Notes: a model not told the origin generated them from the letters alone. 58,519 nt of DNA from Dehalococcoidia bacterium (GCA_004376105.1 SOKA01000065.1:1-58519); one strand, 5' to 3'. Numbered from the stretch's first letter, positions 9,427 through 19,588 are shown. Program-made: numbers and translations.

Positions 9427-10956
9427 ATGGCTAAAGCAGTTTTAGTAGTGGATATGGTCAGGGGTTTCCTGGAAGAAGGTTACCCTCTGTATTGTGGGGC
9501 TCGAGCCCGCCGCATCATCCCCAATGTGCAAGCTCTTCTGGAGCAGGAGCTTGCCCAGGGTTCCACGGTATTCTTCCTTTGTGACCATCATGCTCCTGAT
9601 GACCCAGAGTTCAAAATGTTTCCTCCCCATTGCATTGAGGGCACCCCTGAGGCAGAGGTCATTCCTGAATTAGCCCGATACCACGGTGAGGTAATACCCA
9701 AAAGACATTACAGCGGCTTTTTTGATACACCCCTTGACAGGAAGCTGAGCCGGCTTAAGCCAGAGAAGTTGATTGTTTGTGGTGTGTGCACCGATATTTG
9801 TGTGTTGCATACTGTGGCTGATGCCAGGAACCATGGTTACGAGGTGGAGGTGCCGGTTGACTGCGTTGCTTCCTTTGATGAGAGGGCACACCACTTTGCC
9901 CTGGAGCATATGGAGAAGACACTTGGGGCAAAGCTAATCAGCTTTAGGGTTAGCCAGGTTAGGCCACCTAAATTTGAACCATCTGAGGCTATCCTGTCTG
10001 GAGAGACGACTGATATCTATTTTGCCCGCACTGTAGATATATTGCGTCATGAGGCGCTTAACCCGGTAGCTACTTTGGAGGTATTCTCTAGCCGAGCCGG
10101 GGTACTCTGTGGTATGGAAGAAGTTAAGGCACTACTTTCCCGGGTCTTACCTGAGGATAATCGTGAGGTATGGGCGCTAGCTGAGGGCGAGGCAATGGAG
10201 GAAAAGGAGGTGGTATTGCGCATAACTGCTCCTTATCAGAGCTACGGGCTGTATGAAACAGCCATAGATGGAATTCTAGCCCAGTGTAGTGGTTGGGCAA
10301 CCGCCGCCAGGGAGTGTGTAGAAGCTGCGCAGGGGATACCTATTATTAGCTTTGGTGTCCGCCATGTTCATCCCTCGGTGGTGGGAGTAATGGACTACGC
10401 CGCTATTATTGGTGGTTGTGCTAGTTGCTCCAGTATAGCCGGTGCCAAACTAGCCGGCATTGAACCAATGGGAACTATACCCCATGCCCTGATTATAATT
10501 ATGGGTGATACGGTTAAAGCTACTATAGCTTTCGATAAGTATATGCCGGCTGAGGTGCCCAGGGTATCTTTGGTTGATACCTTTAAGGATGAGGCTGAGG
10601 AGAGCCTGCTGGTGGCTCGGGCACTGGGTGAGAAACTTAATAGTGTGCGGCTTGATACCCCCGGCGAGCGGGGTAGGGTTACTGCCGACCTGGTCAAGGA
10701 GGTGAGAGCCAGACTGGATTTAGCCGGTTTCAAAAAAGTAGGCATTTTCGTTAGTGGTGGCATAGACCCTGAGCGAATTACCTACTTTATTAAGAATGGG
10801 GCTCCGGTTGATGGCTTTGGCGTCGGCAGCTATATCAGTGGGGCTAAGCCTATAGACTTTACCGCTGACCTCCATGAGGTGGAAGGCAAGCCAATAGCCA
10901 AAAGAGGTAGAATCCCAGGCATTACCCCCAATCCCCGCCTCAAGCGCATATTGTAA
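9427..10956 (+). CDS. Fusion protein: isochorismatase-family nicotinamidase (about residues 1-170) plus nicotinate phosphoribosyltransferase (about residues 185-509)
   Basis: The N-terminal half has VVDM...K...CGVCTDICV (D/K/C triad pattern). The C-terminal half has TDIYF...GTIPHALII...RLDTPGE (type II PRTase pattern). It is a single uninterrupted 509-aa ORF. Confidence 0.75.
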   Translation: MAKAVLVVDMVRGFLEEGYPLYCGARARRIIPNVQALLEQELAQGSTVFFLCDHHAPDDPEFKMFPPHCIEGTPEAEVIPELARYHGEVIPKRHYSGFFDTPLDRKLSRLKPEKLIVCGVCTDICVLHTVADARNHGYEVEVPVDCVASFDERAHHFALEHMEKTLGAKLISFRVSQVRPPKFEPSEAILSGETTDIYFARTVDILRHEALNPVATLEVFSSRAGVLCGMEEVKALLSRVLPEDNREVWALAEGEAMEEKEVVLRITAPYQSYGLYETAIDGILAQCSGWATAARECVEAAQGIPIISFGVRHVHPSVVGVMDYAAIIGGCASCSSIAGAKLAGIEPMGTIPHALIIIMGDTVKATIAFDKYMPAEVPRVSLVDTFKDEAEESLLVARALGEKLNSVRLDTPGERGRVTADLVKEVRARLDLAGFKKVGIFVSGGIDPERITYFIKNGAPVDGFGVGSYISGAKPIDFTADLHEVEGKPIAKRGRIPGITPNPRLKRIL

Positions 10957-10964
10957 AGTAGGAT

Positions 10965-12398
10965 TTAACTCCGCTCAAATTTTAAGCATAGGATCTGCTT
11001 GGTCTGTTCAGTAACTTTTAGCCTGTCATCTATGCGCCAGCCGACTACCCACAGGATGTGCTGGGGGGAGCAGACAAGAGGGATTCGCTGGCGCCAGGCT
11101 TGAGGGATTTTGGCATCAATCATAAACTCTCCCAGCTTCTTGGGCTGGCTCATTCCCAGGGGCTGAAACCTGTCACCAGGCTGACGACTTCGGACTATCA
11201 GTTTATCGCCAGTTTTATCACGGTCAAAGTGGGCAGTAAAATTGTTATCTTTTTCTGTCATCTGTTCCCGGTTTACAATGTTTGCTTCTATACGCCAGCC
11301 GGGTAGTATTGTTTTGCCAGGCAACTTTAATGGCAACTCACCCTCTAGAGTGGGGAAGGGGGTTAAGGCTTCTCGGTCTTGACCTATCAGGTATCGGTTG
11401 TATTCTACGGAAAAGATTAAGCCTCCAGGCAGGCTGAGCCTTTTTCCTGCCGGCTTGGTTAGGGCGTTCATTATTTCTTCAATATGGCGCATCTCAATAT
11501 CCTTAATATTACCTAACAACTTTTCTATAGACATTCGCAGCAGATGTCGCTTAAGGGCAGAAGGCAACTCAAGAAGCCTTTCCTTATCTAAAATAATTGT
11601 GTTTTCTTGTCTTTGGGCAATTTCAGCCCATAAGCGGATGCTCTCTTTATCTATAAAAGCAAGGTCATCACCAGCAATGCGGGCGGTTCGGAGTAAGGCT
11701 TCAGTTACCTGTGGGTTATAGCTCTTAAGCAGTGGCAGGAGCTGATAACGGATTCTATTTCTTAATGGCGATAAAGACAGGTTTGAGGTATCAATCCTGG
11801 GCATAAGCTTGTGGTCATGGCAATAGCCGGCTGTTTCCTCTCGGCTTACCTGTAATAGAGGTCTTATTATAGTGAGGCTATTCCCTGAAGATTGCCACTC
11901 GGCATGAGGCTGTAATCCCCGAAGCCCTCTGGTTCCTGTCCCCCGAACCAGATGCATCAGTATAGTCTCTATATGGTCGTCCATAGTATGCCCTACTGCC
12001 ACTTGGCTTGCTCCGATAGCCTTGGCTACTTGAGCTAGGAAGGTATATCGCACCTCACGGGCTGCCTCTTCTAATGAAACGTGTTGCTGAGCTTGATAGG
12101 CTTTTACATCACGCTGTTCTATGGTAGCTGGGATATCAAGGCGGCGGGCTAGGTTAGAAACATACTGAGCATCAGCCTCGGACTCAGCACCTCGCAGTTG
12201 ATGGTTAAGATGAGCCACATGTAGTCTTATACCCAGCTCCTCCTGGAGTTTAACTAGGATATGGAGCAGGCAGACTGAATCTGGGCCACCGGATACTGCC
12301 ACCAGTAGGCAGGACTGGCTTGATACCAGGTGATGTTCCTGGATAAAGTGGAGCACCCGTTGCTCTAGCGACTCTTGATGTCCTTCCTTCTTCAGCAT
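10965..12398 (-). CDS. tilS: tRNA(Ile)-lysidine synthetase
   Basis: 477 aa with the PP-loop SGGPDS and a TilS substrate-binding C-terminal region. Confidence 0.9.
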   Translation of the reverse strand: MLKKEGHQESLEQRVLHFIQEHHLVSSQSCLLVAVSGGPDSVCLLHILVKLQEELGIRLHVAHLNHQLRGAESEADAQYVSNLARRLDIPATIEQRDVKAYQAQQHVSLEEAAREVRYTFLAQVAKAIGASQVAVGHTMDDHIETILMHLVRGTGTRGLRGLQPHAEWQSSGNSLTIIRPLLQVSREETAGYCHDHKLMPRIDTSNLSLSPLRNRIRYQLLPLLKSYNPQVTEALLRTARIAGDDLAFIDKESIRLWAEIAQRQENTIILDKERLLELPSALKRHLLRMSIEKLLGNIKDIEMRHIEEIMNALTKPAGKRLSLPGGLIFSVEYNRYLIGQDREALTPFPTLEGELPLKLPGKTILPGWRIEANIVNREQMTEKDNNFTAHFDRDKTGDKLIVRSRQPGDRFQPLGMSQPKKLGEFMIDAKIPQAWRQRIPLVCSPQHILWVVGWRIDDRLKVTEQTKQILCLKFERS

Positions 12399-12407
12399 CT
12401 GTGCTAG

Positions 12408-13055
12408 TTAACTCGTTTCTAAGATGAGTTTGGTGCGGTGTATTAACTGTGGATGGTGAGTAAAACCTAGGGCTGTGGTAACCTGCTCTGGTCTTCCTGA
12501 ACCACTGCTGTCACAGCGTAACCTCATACCTACAGTACAATATGGGCGGTGCCAATCAATGAGCCGCAGGTCATCAATTAAAGCCCTCAGGTCGTAGCTT
12601 CGTGGGCCAGTATCCCTTTGGTGTTGCCACGGCAGGTGCTTTGCTGAGAGCAGGGAGATAAGTGCTGATTCTATCTCCTTCGGCTCCTTTTCGGTTTCCA
12701 CCTCAACCTTGTATTCGGCATAACGAACCTGCGATTGTAAAGACGGCTGATTCAAGGCTATTTGATGCACTTGCAGTATTTCAATGCCAGACGGCAATTG
12801 CTGGCTTACAGCTCCAGTAAAGAAATGTGGGGAAACCCATTTGGTGGTAGAGATATCCATTAGCTCAGCTTGGCTAGTTACCCCCACGGGTAGGGGGGCA
12901 GCTAGTGATATTCGAGGATGGGGGCTAAATCCTTCTGAGTAAGCTAGAGGTATCCTGGCTCGGTGAAGCGCTCTTTGCCACAAGCGTATCAAATCAAGGT
13001 GGGATATAAACTTTACCTCTTGTCCCCGCTTGAACTTAACCCGCAGGCGGTTCAT
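12408..13055 (-). CDS. DUF2344 / TIGR03936-type radical-SAM-associated protein
   Basis: 215 aa. The N-terminus RVKFKRGQEVKFISHLDLIRLWQRALHRARIPLAYSEGFSPHP matches my memory of the family signature. Confidence 0.7.
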   Translation of the reverse strand: MNRLRVKFKRGQEVKFISHLDLIRLWQRALHRARIPLAYSEGFSPHPRISLAAPLPVGVTSQAELMDISTTKWVSPHFFTGAVSQQLPSGIEILQVHQIALNQPSLQSQVRYAEYKVEVETEKEPKEIESALISLLSAKHLPWQHQRDTGPRSYDLRALIDDLRLIDWHRPYCTVGMRLRCDSSGSGRPEQVTTALGFTHHPQLIHRTKLILETS

Positions 13056-14316
13056 GCTTCTTCTTTTCCTTGGTCAGTAGAATTTCCTCTATTTTTAGCC
13101 CTCGCATCTTGGTTATCACTAGCTTTAAGCCTTTATACCTTAGCTGTTCGCCTCGTTTAGGTATGTGGCCTAAAAGGTCAAGGATGAAGCCAGCTACAGT
13201 TTCATAGTCGCCCTCGGGCAACTCCAGTCCCATCTCTTCATTAGCTTCTTCAATGCGCATATTGCCATCAATCTGGAAGGTATACTCATTGATTGCTTCA
13301 TATTCCTTTTCCACACCAGCTAGCTCATCCCCTACTTGGCCTACAATCTCCTCAACCAGTCGGCTAAGGCTGACTATGCCAGCAGTGCCACCATACTCAT
13401 CTACAATCACCGCCATTCGGTAGTTTTTATCCCGCATCTCGATAAAGAGCTCGTTAATATGCTTGGTCTCAGGGGTAAAGTAAGACGGGCGGACGAGGTC
13501 ATCAATGACACTCTGGTTATCAATAGTGCCCTTAGCTAGGGCCATAAGCACATCCTTTATGGAGAGGATACCGACCACATTATCCATGTTCTCCTGATAT
13601 ACTGGGAAGCGGGAGAGGGGGGATTCAGCATATAGGGCGAGGAAATCGGCTACTGTTGAGCCTTGCTCTATAGATACAACCTCAGGACGCGGTACCATAA
13701 CCTCACGAACTGGTCGGTCACCAAAGTCAAAAACCTTGTGCAACATCTCAGCCTCAGTCTCCTCTACTGTCCCCTCCCTATGTCCCACTGATATCATGGT
13801 GCGAATCTCCTCCTCGCTGACCAGGGACCTGGCCACTGGCTTCCCTCCGGCTAGTTTACTAAACCTTGAGGCTATTGAGCTCAGCGCTAGCACAGCGGGG
13901 GTAAATGCCTTAGATGCTGCCTCTATGGGTCGCGCCAGTTTTATAGATAGCCGTTCGGCATTGTGGGCGGCAATGATTTTGGGAGTAGCTTCACACAATA
14001 CTAGTAGCAGGATGGTTACTCCTATAGTGGCAATGAGAATACCCCACTTCCCCCAGACGGAGACAGCTAGAACAGTGCCCAGGGCAGCGGCGGCGGTGTT
14101 GACTAGATTGTTGCCCGTCAGGATGGTAGATAGCAGTTTCTCCGGTCGCTTCATCATCTTGGCGACCCGTTCGGCACCAGGTACCTTGGTGTTAACCATG
14201 TGCTCAACCCTTATCCTCTGCAAGGAAGTAAAGGCTGTTTCTGAACTGGAAAAGAAGGCTGATAGTAGCAGACAAACAATAAAAAGCGCTAGGTATAGTG
14301 TTTCAGTGTCGGTCAT
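13036..14316 (-). CDS. HlyC/CorC (CNNM) family transporter: DUF21, CBS pair and CorC_HlyC domains
   Basis: 426 aa with N-terminal TM helices, CBS-type segments and a C-terminal transporter-associated domain. Confidence 0.85.
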   Translation of the reverse strand: MTDTETLYLALFIVCLLLSAFFSSSETAFTSLQRIRVEHMVNTKVPGAERVAKMMKRPEKLLSTILTGNNLVNTAAAALGTVLAVSVWGKWGILIATIGVTILLLVLCEATPKIIAAHNAERLSIKLARPIEAASKAFTPAVLALSSIASRFSKLAGGKPVARSLVSEEEIRTMISVGHREGTVEETEAEMLHKVFDFGDRPVREVMVPRPEVVSIEQGSTVADFLALYAESPLSRFPVYQENMDNVVGILSIKDVLMALAKGTIDNQSVIDDLVRPSYFTPETKHINELFIEMRDKNYRMAVIVDEYGGTAGIVSLSRLVEEIVGQVGDELAGVEKEYEAINEYTFQIDGNMRIEEANEEMGLELPEGDYETVAGFILDLLGHIPKRGEQLRYKGLKLVITKMRGLKIEEILLTKEKKKHEPPAG

Positions 14317-14425
14317 ATATCATCACCCCACCTTAAATACAGATTCAAGACCCCTAATTGATTTCCTTTTAATAATCATAGCATTGGCTAATAGGGGTGT
14401 CAAAGGATTATGGCAATGTCTACCG

Positions 14426-14464
14426 TTGTTTCGCCCTCTACCAACTATGCTATAATCCAGGTAT
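14426..14464 (+). promoter_or_regulatory. Candidate tsaD promoter positioned for a leaderless mRNA
   Basis: TATAAT at 14451-14456, then 8 nt, then ATG 14465. There is no SD. The -35 is weak (TTGTTT at 14426-14431 with a 19-nt spacer). Confidence 0.35.
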
Positions 14465-15454
14465 ATGAAAATCCTGGGTATTGAGACCTCTTGTGATGAG
14501 ACTGCGGCCGCGGTGGTAGAGGATGGAGTTAGGATTCTGTCCAATCAGATTGCCTCGCAGGTGGAAATCCATGCCCGCTATGGGGGGATTGTCCCTGAAG
14601 TAGCCTCTAGGCAACACATTCTAGCCATTATCCCCATTGTTGAGCAAGCAATGGCTGAGGCTAAGGTTAACTGGAGTGATTTGGAGGGCATTGCTGTCAC
14701 CATTGGGCCTGGTCTGGCTGGCTCACTGCTGGTAGGGGTAAATGTGGCTAAGGCGATTGCTTTAGCTCGTGGGTTGCCTATTACCGGAGTTAATCACCTG
14801 GAGGGTCATATCTACGCTAACTGGCTGGTTAACCGCGATACTGCCCTTGCTCCTCTCTTCCCCTTGGTGTGCCTCATTGTTTCTGGAGGGCATAGTGATT
14901 TGGTGTTAATGAGGGAGCATGGGGATTATATGGTAGTGGGGCGGACACGAGACGATGCTGCCGGCGAAGCCTTTGATAAAGCAGCCAGGATACTGGGCTT
15001 GGGCTACCCAGGCGGTCCAGCCGTTGAGCAGGCAGCTAAAAGTGGCACTGCTTCTCTCGAGCTACCTCGTGCCTGGCTGAAGAGGACTAATGACTTCAGC
15101 TTCAGCGGGGTCAAGACAGCCCTGCTGCGATTGATGGAGGGGGGTAGAATTTCATCCCCGGCTGACGCTGCCGCCAGCTTTCAGGAGGCGGTGATTGATG
15201 TCTTGGTCACCAAAGCTGTGGCGGTGGCTAAAGAGCATCGGGTAAAGCAGATTTTACTAGCCGGCGGGGTAGCATCAAATGAGTTGCTTCGAAACTGGCT
15301 GGTGGAAGATTCACCTATTCCGGTTCTGGTTCCTGAGCCTATATTATGCACTGATAATGCAGCTATGATTGCTGCTTGCGGCTACTACCGGTTCCAAGCC
15401 GGCAAGGTAGATGGCTTAGATTTGGACGTGGTTCCCGGCCTCAAGCTGGCTTAA
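14465..15454 (+). CDS. tsaD: tRNA N6-adenosine threonylcarbamoyltransferase
   Basis: 329 aa with the [14 protein letters not shown]-terminus and an ASKHA fold pattern. Confidence 0.92.
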   Translation: MKILGIETSCDETAAAVVEDGVRILSNQIASQVEIHARYGGIVPEVASRQHILAIIPIVEQAMAEAKVNWSDLEGIAVTIGPGLAGSLLVGVNVAKAIALARGLPITGVNHLEGHIYANWLVNRDTALAPLFPLVCLIVSGGHSDLVLMREHGDYMVVGRTRDDAAGEAFDKAARILGLGYPGGPAVEQAAKSGTASLELPRAWLKRTNDFSFSGVKTALLRLMEGGRISSPADAAASFQEAVIDVLVTKAVAVAKEHRVKQILLAGGVASNELLRNWLVEDSPIPVLVPEPILCTDNAAMIAACGYYRFQAGKVDGLDLDVVPGLKLA

Positions 15455-16798
15455 CGGGCAGCAGTTACACCTGCCTTGAGTGCATAGGCTATTATAAATG
15501 TGGATTAGCCCTTGTTGCCGCTGGGCTGAGTTAACCAGGCTACTGTTTACCCCAAGCTGGTCCTTCATGTGCCTGTCTATTGTATTTACTGCCAGCTTAG
15601 GGTAATGACGATAAAGGTCAAGGGCCTTTTTCTCAAGTTCTGGCTGGGAGCTAAGTTTACCCCAGGCAAGGGTAAAGGGCAGGAGCACATTGATGGTAAT
15701 ATCAGCCGCTCGCCGGCTACCGAGAAGGGTTGGGTTTCTTATCCTGCTGGCTAAACCAAAATCAAAGTGGCTTGCCCAATAACCATTGGTAGTAACCAGT
15801 AACCCCTTTTCTAATCTATAGTGGCTTTGGCTGACTGGCACCTCCTTTACCATATTAATTACCCCTTCAAATATCCCCTTTTCCCTATAGCTGAGTATGA
15901 GGTAACTCATAGCTGCTAGGCGACGAATAGGGGAGTTGTTTGGTCTGACCCTAAATAGGTGCCAGTCGTCCCGGGACATTGCCTCGCCCAAGTGTGAAGA
16001 AGTCCATAGCCACTCCAATTTATATATCCATTTATCATCTAATTTATTTTCCTGGTGTCTATCCTGGCGCTGTGAAGGGAGTAGCCCAGCGGTACCCAAT
16101 AGTAGAGCCTGTTGCCGGGTAAGGCATTCTTCATCTGATATTTTGTTTCGAGCTATAGACTCGAGGCTCTGAAGTGGCACCCTGCGAGCTAGCTCCAAGA
16201 AGGGAAGCTTATTCTTGGAGTAACCCAGAGCTCCCATTATCCCCCGGTAAAGACATTGGCTTGCCTCCATTTGAGCCAAGTCGAGTTGAAACTTAGTAGC
16301 CTTGGTTAAAAATCGTTCCTCCCCGGTACTATCTAGGAATTCGGCTATAATGCCTGTAGTCAGGCGTTCTGTGGCTTTAAGGCAAGGCTTACCTGAGGTA
16401 ACCGGAGGCTCTGCCCCTTTAAGCCGCTGGTTAATCGGGCCTTTTATGTATTTATGTAGTACCAGAGTAGGAATACTCTCTCCGTTTTGGAGATTGGTAG
16501 CCGCCTCAGTGTCGTGCCACATCACCACGTGCAGAATTACCCGATTATATACCGGGTTCTGGTGGTGTCGGTGAGCTCGCCAACCACTAGATTTAGCGTG
16601 AATTTCTATATCCCCCTTTATTAACCCTCGGTTGGTGGCAATAACCGCATCCCGAAAATCAGCACCTGGCTCGTCATTAATCCTTCCCGGGTAAATTATC
16701 TTTATCGGTTCACCCCTTTCGGTGGTCAGCTCTGTTCTGTGCACCAACAAGTGCTGCCAGGTCTTAACAATTTGACTCTCTGGAAGATTGTTTATCAA
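15416..16798 (-). CDS. DUF2851 family protein (function unknown)
   Basis: 460 aa with a TTG start after AAAGGGGGTAGG. The His-rich core [35 protein letters not shown] matches the family pattern from memory. Confidence 0.7.
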   Translation of the reverse strand: MINNLPESQIVKTWQHLLVHRTELTTERGEPIKIIYPGRINDEPGADFRDAVIATNRGLIKGDIEIHAKSSGWRAHRHHQNPVYNRVILHVVMWHDTEAATNLQNGESIPTLVLHKYIKGPINQRLKGAEPPVTSGKPCLKATERLTTGIIAEFLDSTGEERFLTKATKFQLDLAQMEASQCLYRGIMGALGYSKNKLPFLELARRVPLQSLESIARNKISDEECLTRQQALLLGTAGLLPSQRQDRHQENKLDDKWIYKLEWLWTSSHLGEAMSRDDWHLFRVRPNNSPIRRLAAMSYLILSYREKGIFEGVINMVKEVPVSQSHYRLEKGLLVTTNGYWASHFDFGLASRIRNPTLLGSRRAADITINVLLPFTLAWGKLSSQPELEKKALDLYRHYPKLAVNTIDRHMKDQLGVNSSLVNSAQRQQGLIHIYNSLCTQGRCNCCPLSQLEAGNHVQI

Positions 16799-16822
16799 CC
16801 TACCCCCTTTAGATATTTATTT

Positions 16823-16945
16823 GGTAACCCTCCCCCTTTAAGCACCCAGAAAAATCTTCGATTTTCCTGGGAACCCGCTTTATCCCCCTCCCTTATAAAG
16901 GGAGGGGAAATCGGTTATGTAAGAGAGGCTTCGCCTCTCTTCAAC
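16823..16945 (-). repeat. Two-hairpin intergenic repeat, copy B (inverted relative to A, with one extra hairpin)
   Basis: Plus-strand hairpins: CCCAGAAAAATC-TTC-GATTTTCCTGGG (16845-16871), TCCCCCTCCC-TTATAAA-GGGAGGGGAAA (16883-16910) and AGAGAGGC-TTC-GCCTCTCT (16922-16940). The tail is AAGGGGGAGGGTT on the minus strand. Confidence 0.55.
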
Positions 16946-16961
16946 TCTCCTTGCTTTGGCT

Positions 16962-16977
16962 AACACGATATCGTGTA
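16962..16977. promoter_or_regulatory. Operator-like palindrome, site 3
   Basis: AACAC-GATATC-GTGTA. The core ACACGATATCGTGT is a perfect 14-bp palindrome. Confidence 0.5.
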
Positions 16978-16988
16978 TAAACAGCTTT

Positions 16989-17017
16989 AATAAAAGCGGT
17001 TTCTTAGACTAAACCGC
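16989..17017 (-). terminator. Intrinsic terminator downstream of the XRE gene
   Basis: Minus strand GCGGTTT-AGTCTAAG-AAACCGC followed by TTTTATT. Confidence 0.6.
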
Positions 17018-17028
17018 GCTATTTAAAG

Positions 17029-17057
17029 ATTATACACGGTTACGTGTATAATGTCAA
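17029..17057 (-). promoter_or_regulatory. Perfect-consensus sigma70 promoter cassette P2, with operator site 2 (17033-17048) in its spacer
   Basis: Minus strand TTGACA (17052-17057), 17-nt spacer, TATAAT (17029-17034). The spacer contains TACAC-GTAACC-GTGTA. The cassette overlaps the XRE stop codon. Confidence 0.6.
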
Positions 17058-17305
17058 GGTTTTTTCGGTACTTCTTTTGAGGGGGTAGCCTCGTATTTAA
17101 ATTGGGCTCGTTCAGCAATAATGGATAGAAGGGTAGCTGAGGCACCACGAGGTTTATACATCCCGGTTTCCCATTCGCTTATCGTTTGCTGACGCGTGCC
17201 TAGTCTGTCGGCTAGCTCACGCTGGGTCAGGTCTAAATGGCGCCTTAAGGCTTGGATGCGCTTGCTATCCCATTGTCGTCGGTTCGCTTTGCTTTGGTTG
17301 TTCAT
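17054..17305 (-). CDS. XRE-family (YiaG/MqsA-HTH-like) transcriptional regulator
   Basis: 83 aa from ATG 17305. The HTH is LTQRELADRLGTRQQTISEWETGMYKPRGASATLL. The TTG 6 nt upstream abuts the -10 box and is unlikely to be used. Confidence 0.85.
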   Translation of the reverse strand: MNNQSKANRRQWDSKRIQALRRHLDLTQRELADRLGTRQQTISEWETGMYKPRGASATLLSIIAERAQFKYEATPSKEVPKKP

Positions 17306-17311
17306 AGCCAA

Positions 17312-17340
17312 ATTTTACACGATTTAGTGTAGAATGTCAA
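17312..17340 (-). promoter_or_regulatory. Promoter cassette P1 for the XRE gene, overlapped by operator site 1 (17316-17331); predicts a leaderless mRNA
   Basis: Minus strand TTGACA (17335-17340), 17-nt spacer, TAAAAT (17312-17317), then 6 nt to the ATG. The spacer contains TACAC-TAAATC-GTGTA. P1 is 24/29 identical to P2. Confidence 0.6.
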
Positions 17341-17473
17341 AATGGGATTGTTTTTAATTTCAAAAATAGGGAGTATAATAGTAAAAAGGCATTTTATAGA
17401 GAATAATAGGCTAATTTAAACATCATGATGCCTCTCAGTTATTGACATTAACTGTAAATAGTCATTTGTTGAG

Positions 17474-17502
17474 TTGCGACCTATGTCAATCTGAGCTATT
17501 AT
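17474..17502 (+). promoter_or_regulatory. Candidate groESL promoter
   Basis: TTGCGA (17474-17479), 17-nt spacer, TATTAT (17497-17502), immediately upstream of CIRCE. Confidence 0.55.
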
Positions 17503-17509
17503 ATAGTGG

Positions 17510-17536
17510 TTAGCAGTCTCAGGAGGAGAGTGCTAA
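17510..17536 (+). promoter_or_regulatory. CIRCE element (HrcA operator)
   Basis: TTAGCAGTC-N9-GAGTGCTAA against the consensus TTAGCACTC-N9-GAGTGCTAA (one mismatch), located between the promoter and groES. Confidence 0.85.
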
Positions 17537-17558
17537 TAAATTGAGAAGGAGGATTGGA

Positions 17559-17855
17559 ATGGCGGTTAAACTTCAACCGTTGGCTGACCGAGTGGTAGTC
17601 AAACCCATTGAGAGAGAGGAGGTGACCAAAGGAGGGATTGTTCTGCCCGATACAGCTAAGGAGAAACCCCAGGAGGGAAAGGTTCTGGCTGTTGGTCAGG
17701 GCAGGTTATCAGAGGATGGAAAACGGATACCTATAGATGTTAAAGTAGGTGATATAGTGATTTATGCTAGGTATGGGGGCACTGAGATTAAGATTGAGGA
17801 TGAGGAGCTGGTGATCTTGCGTGAGAGCGATATTTTGGCTAAAAAGGTTAAGTAG
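17559..17855 (+). CDS. groES: Co-chaperonin GroES
   Basis: 98 aa from ATG 17559, 6 nt after AAGGAGG. It starts [15 protein letters not shown]. Confidence 0.93.
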   Translation: MAVKLQPLADRVVVKPIEREEVTKGGIVLPDTAKEKPQEGKVLAVGQGRLSEDGKRIPIDVKVGDIVIYARYGGTEIKIEDEELVILRESDILAKKVK

Positions 17856-17868
17856 CAAGTTGGATTAG

Positions 17869-19503
<1,635 letters not shown>

Positions 19504-19533
19504 ACAAATATTTGCTTCTAGTCGGCTGTTATA

Positions 19534-19567
19534 AAGATAGCCGTAGCCTTTGGGCTGCGGCTATCTT
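19534..19567. terminator. Strong hairpin between convergent groEL and the M16 peptidase gene (likely a bidirectional terminator)
   Basis: AAGATAGCCGTAGCC-TTTG-GGCTGCGGCTATCTT gives a 15-bp stem with one G-U pair on the plus-strand RNA. The T-tracts on both sides are weak. Confidence 0.55.
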
Positions 19568-19588
19568 ACTATTTATGCTTCGGGGAAG

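Noticed and set aside
12408-13055. The DUF2344/TIGR03936 gene lacks its usual radical-SAM partner, read as a sign of a novel system.
   Set aside because: The partner may simply be encoded elsewhere in the genome. The local context (CNNM transporter, tilS) gives no functional hint, and I cannot test co-occurrence from this window.
13736-14455. Long antisense ORFs inside well-supported genes. Examples: the 239-aa frame opposite the CNNM gene, and 10395-10763, 18534-18920, 23317-23727 and 47684-28028-type frames (the last at 47684-48028).
   Set aside because: These frames have low-complexity Ser/Pro/Ala/Arg-rich translations, no SD and no recognisable motifs. They lie entirely within genes that have strong family signatures on the other strand, which is typical of shadow ORFs.
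16739-16963. A 74-aa plus-strand ORF across the DUF2851/XRE spacer, and the N-terminal extension of the purH track ORF (7781-7828).
   Set aside because: Both are translations of the hairpin repeat copies (for example ...LIKGGEIGYVREASPLF..). They have no SD and are artefacts of stop-poor C/G-tract repeats.
17054-17305. The XRE protein as an antitoxin of a type II toxin-antitoxin pair (MqsA/HigA-like HTH).
   Set aside because: There is no plausible toxin ORF on either side. Upstream is a 250-nt AT-rich spacer shared with groES. The downstream neighbour is a 460-aa DUF2851 protein separated by a terminator and about 250 nt.
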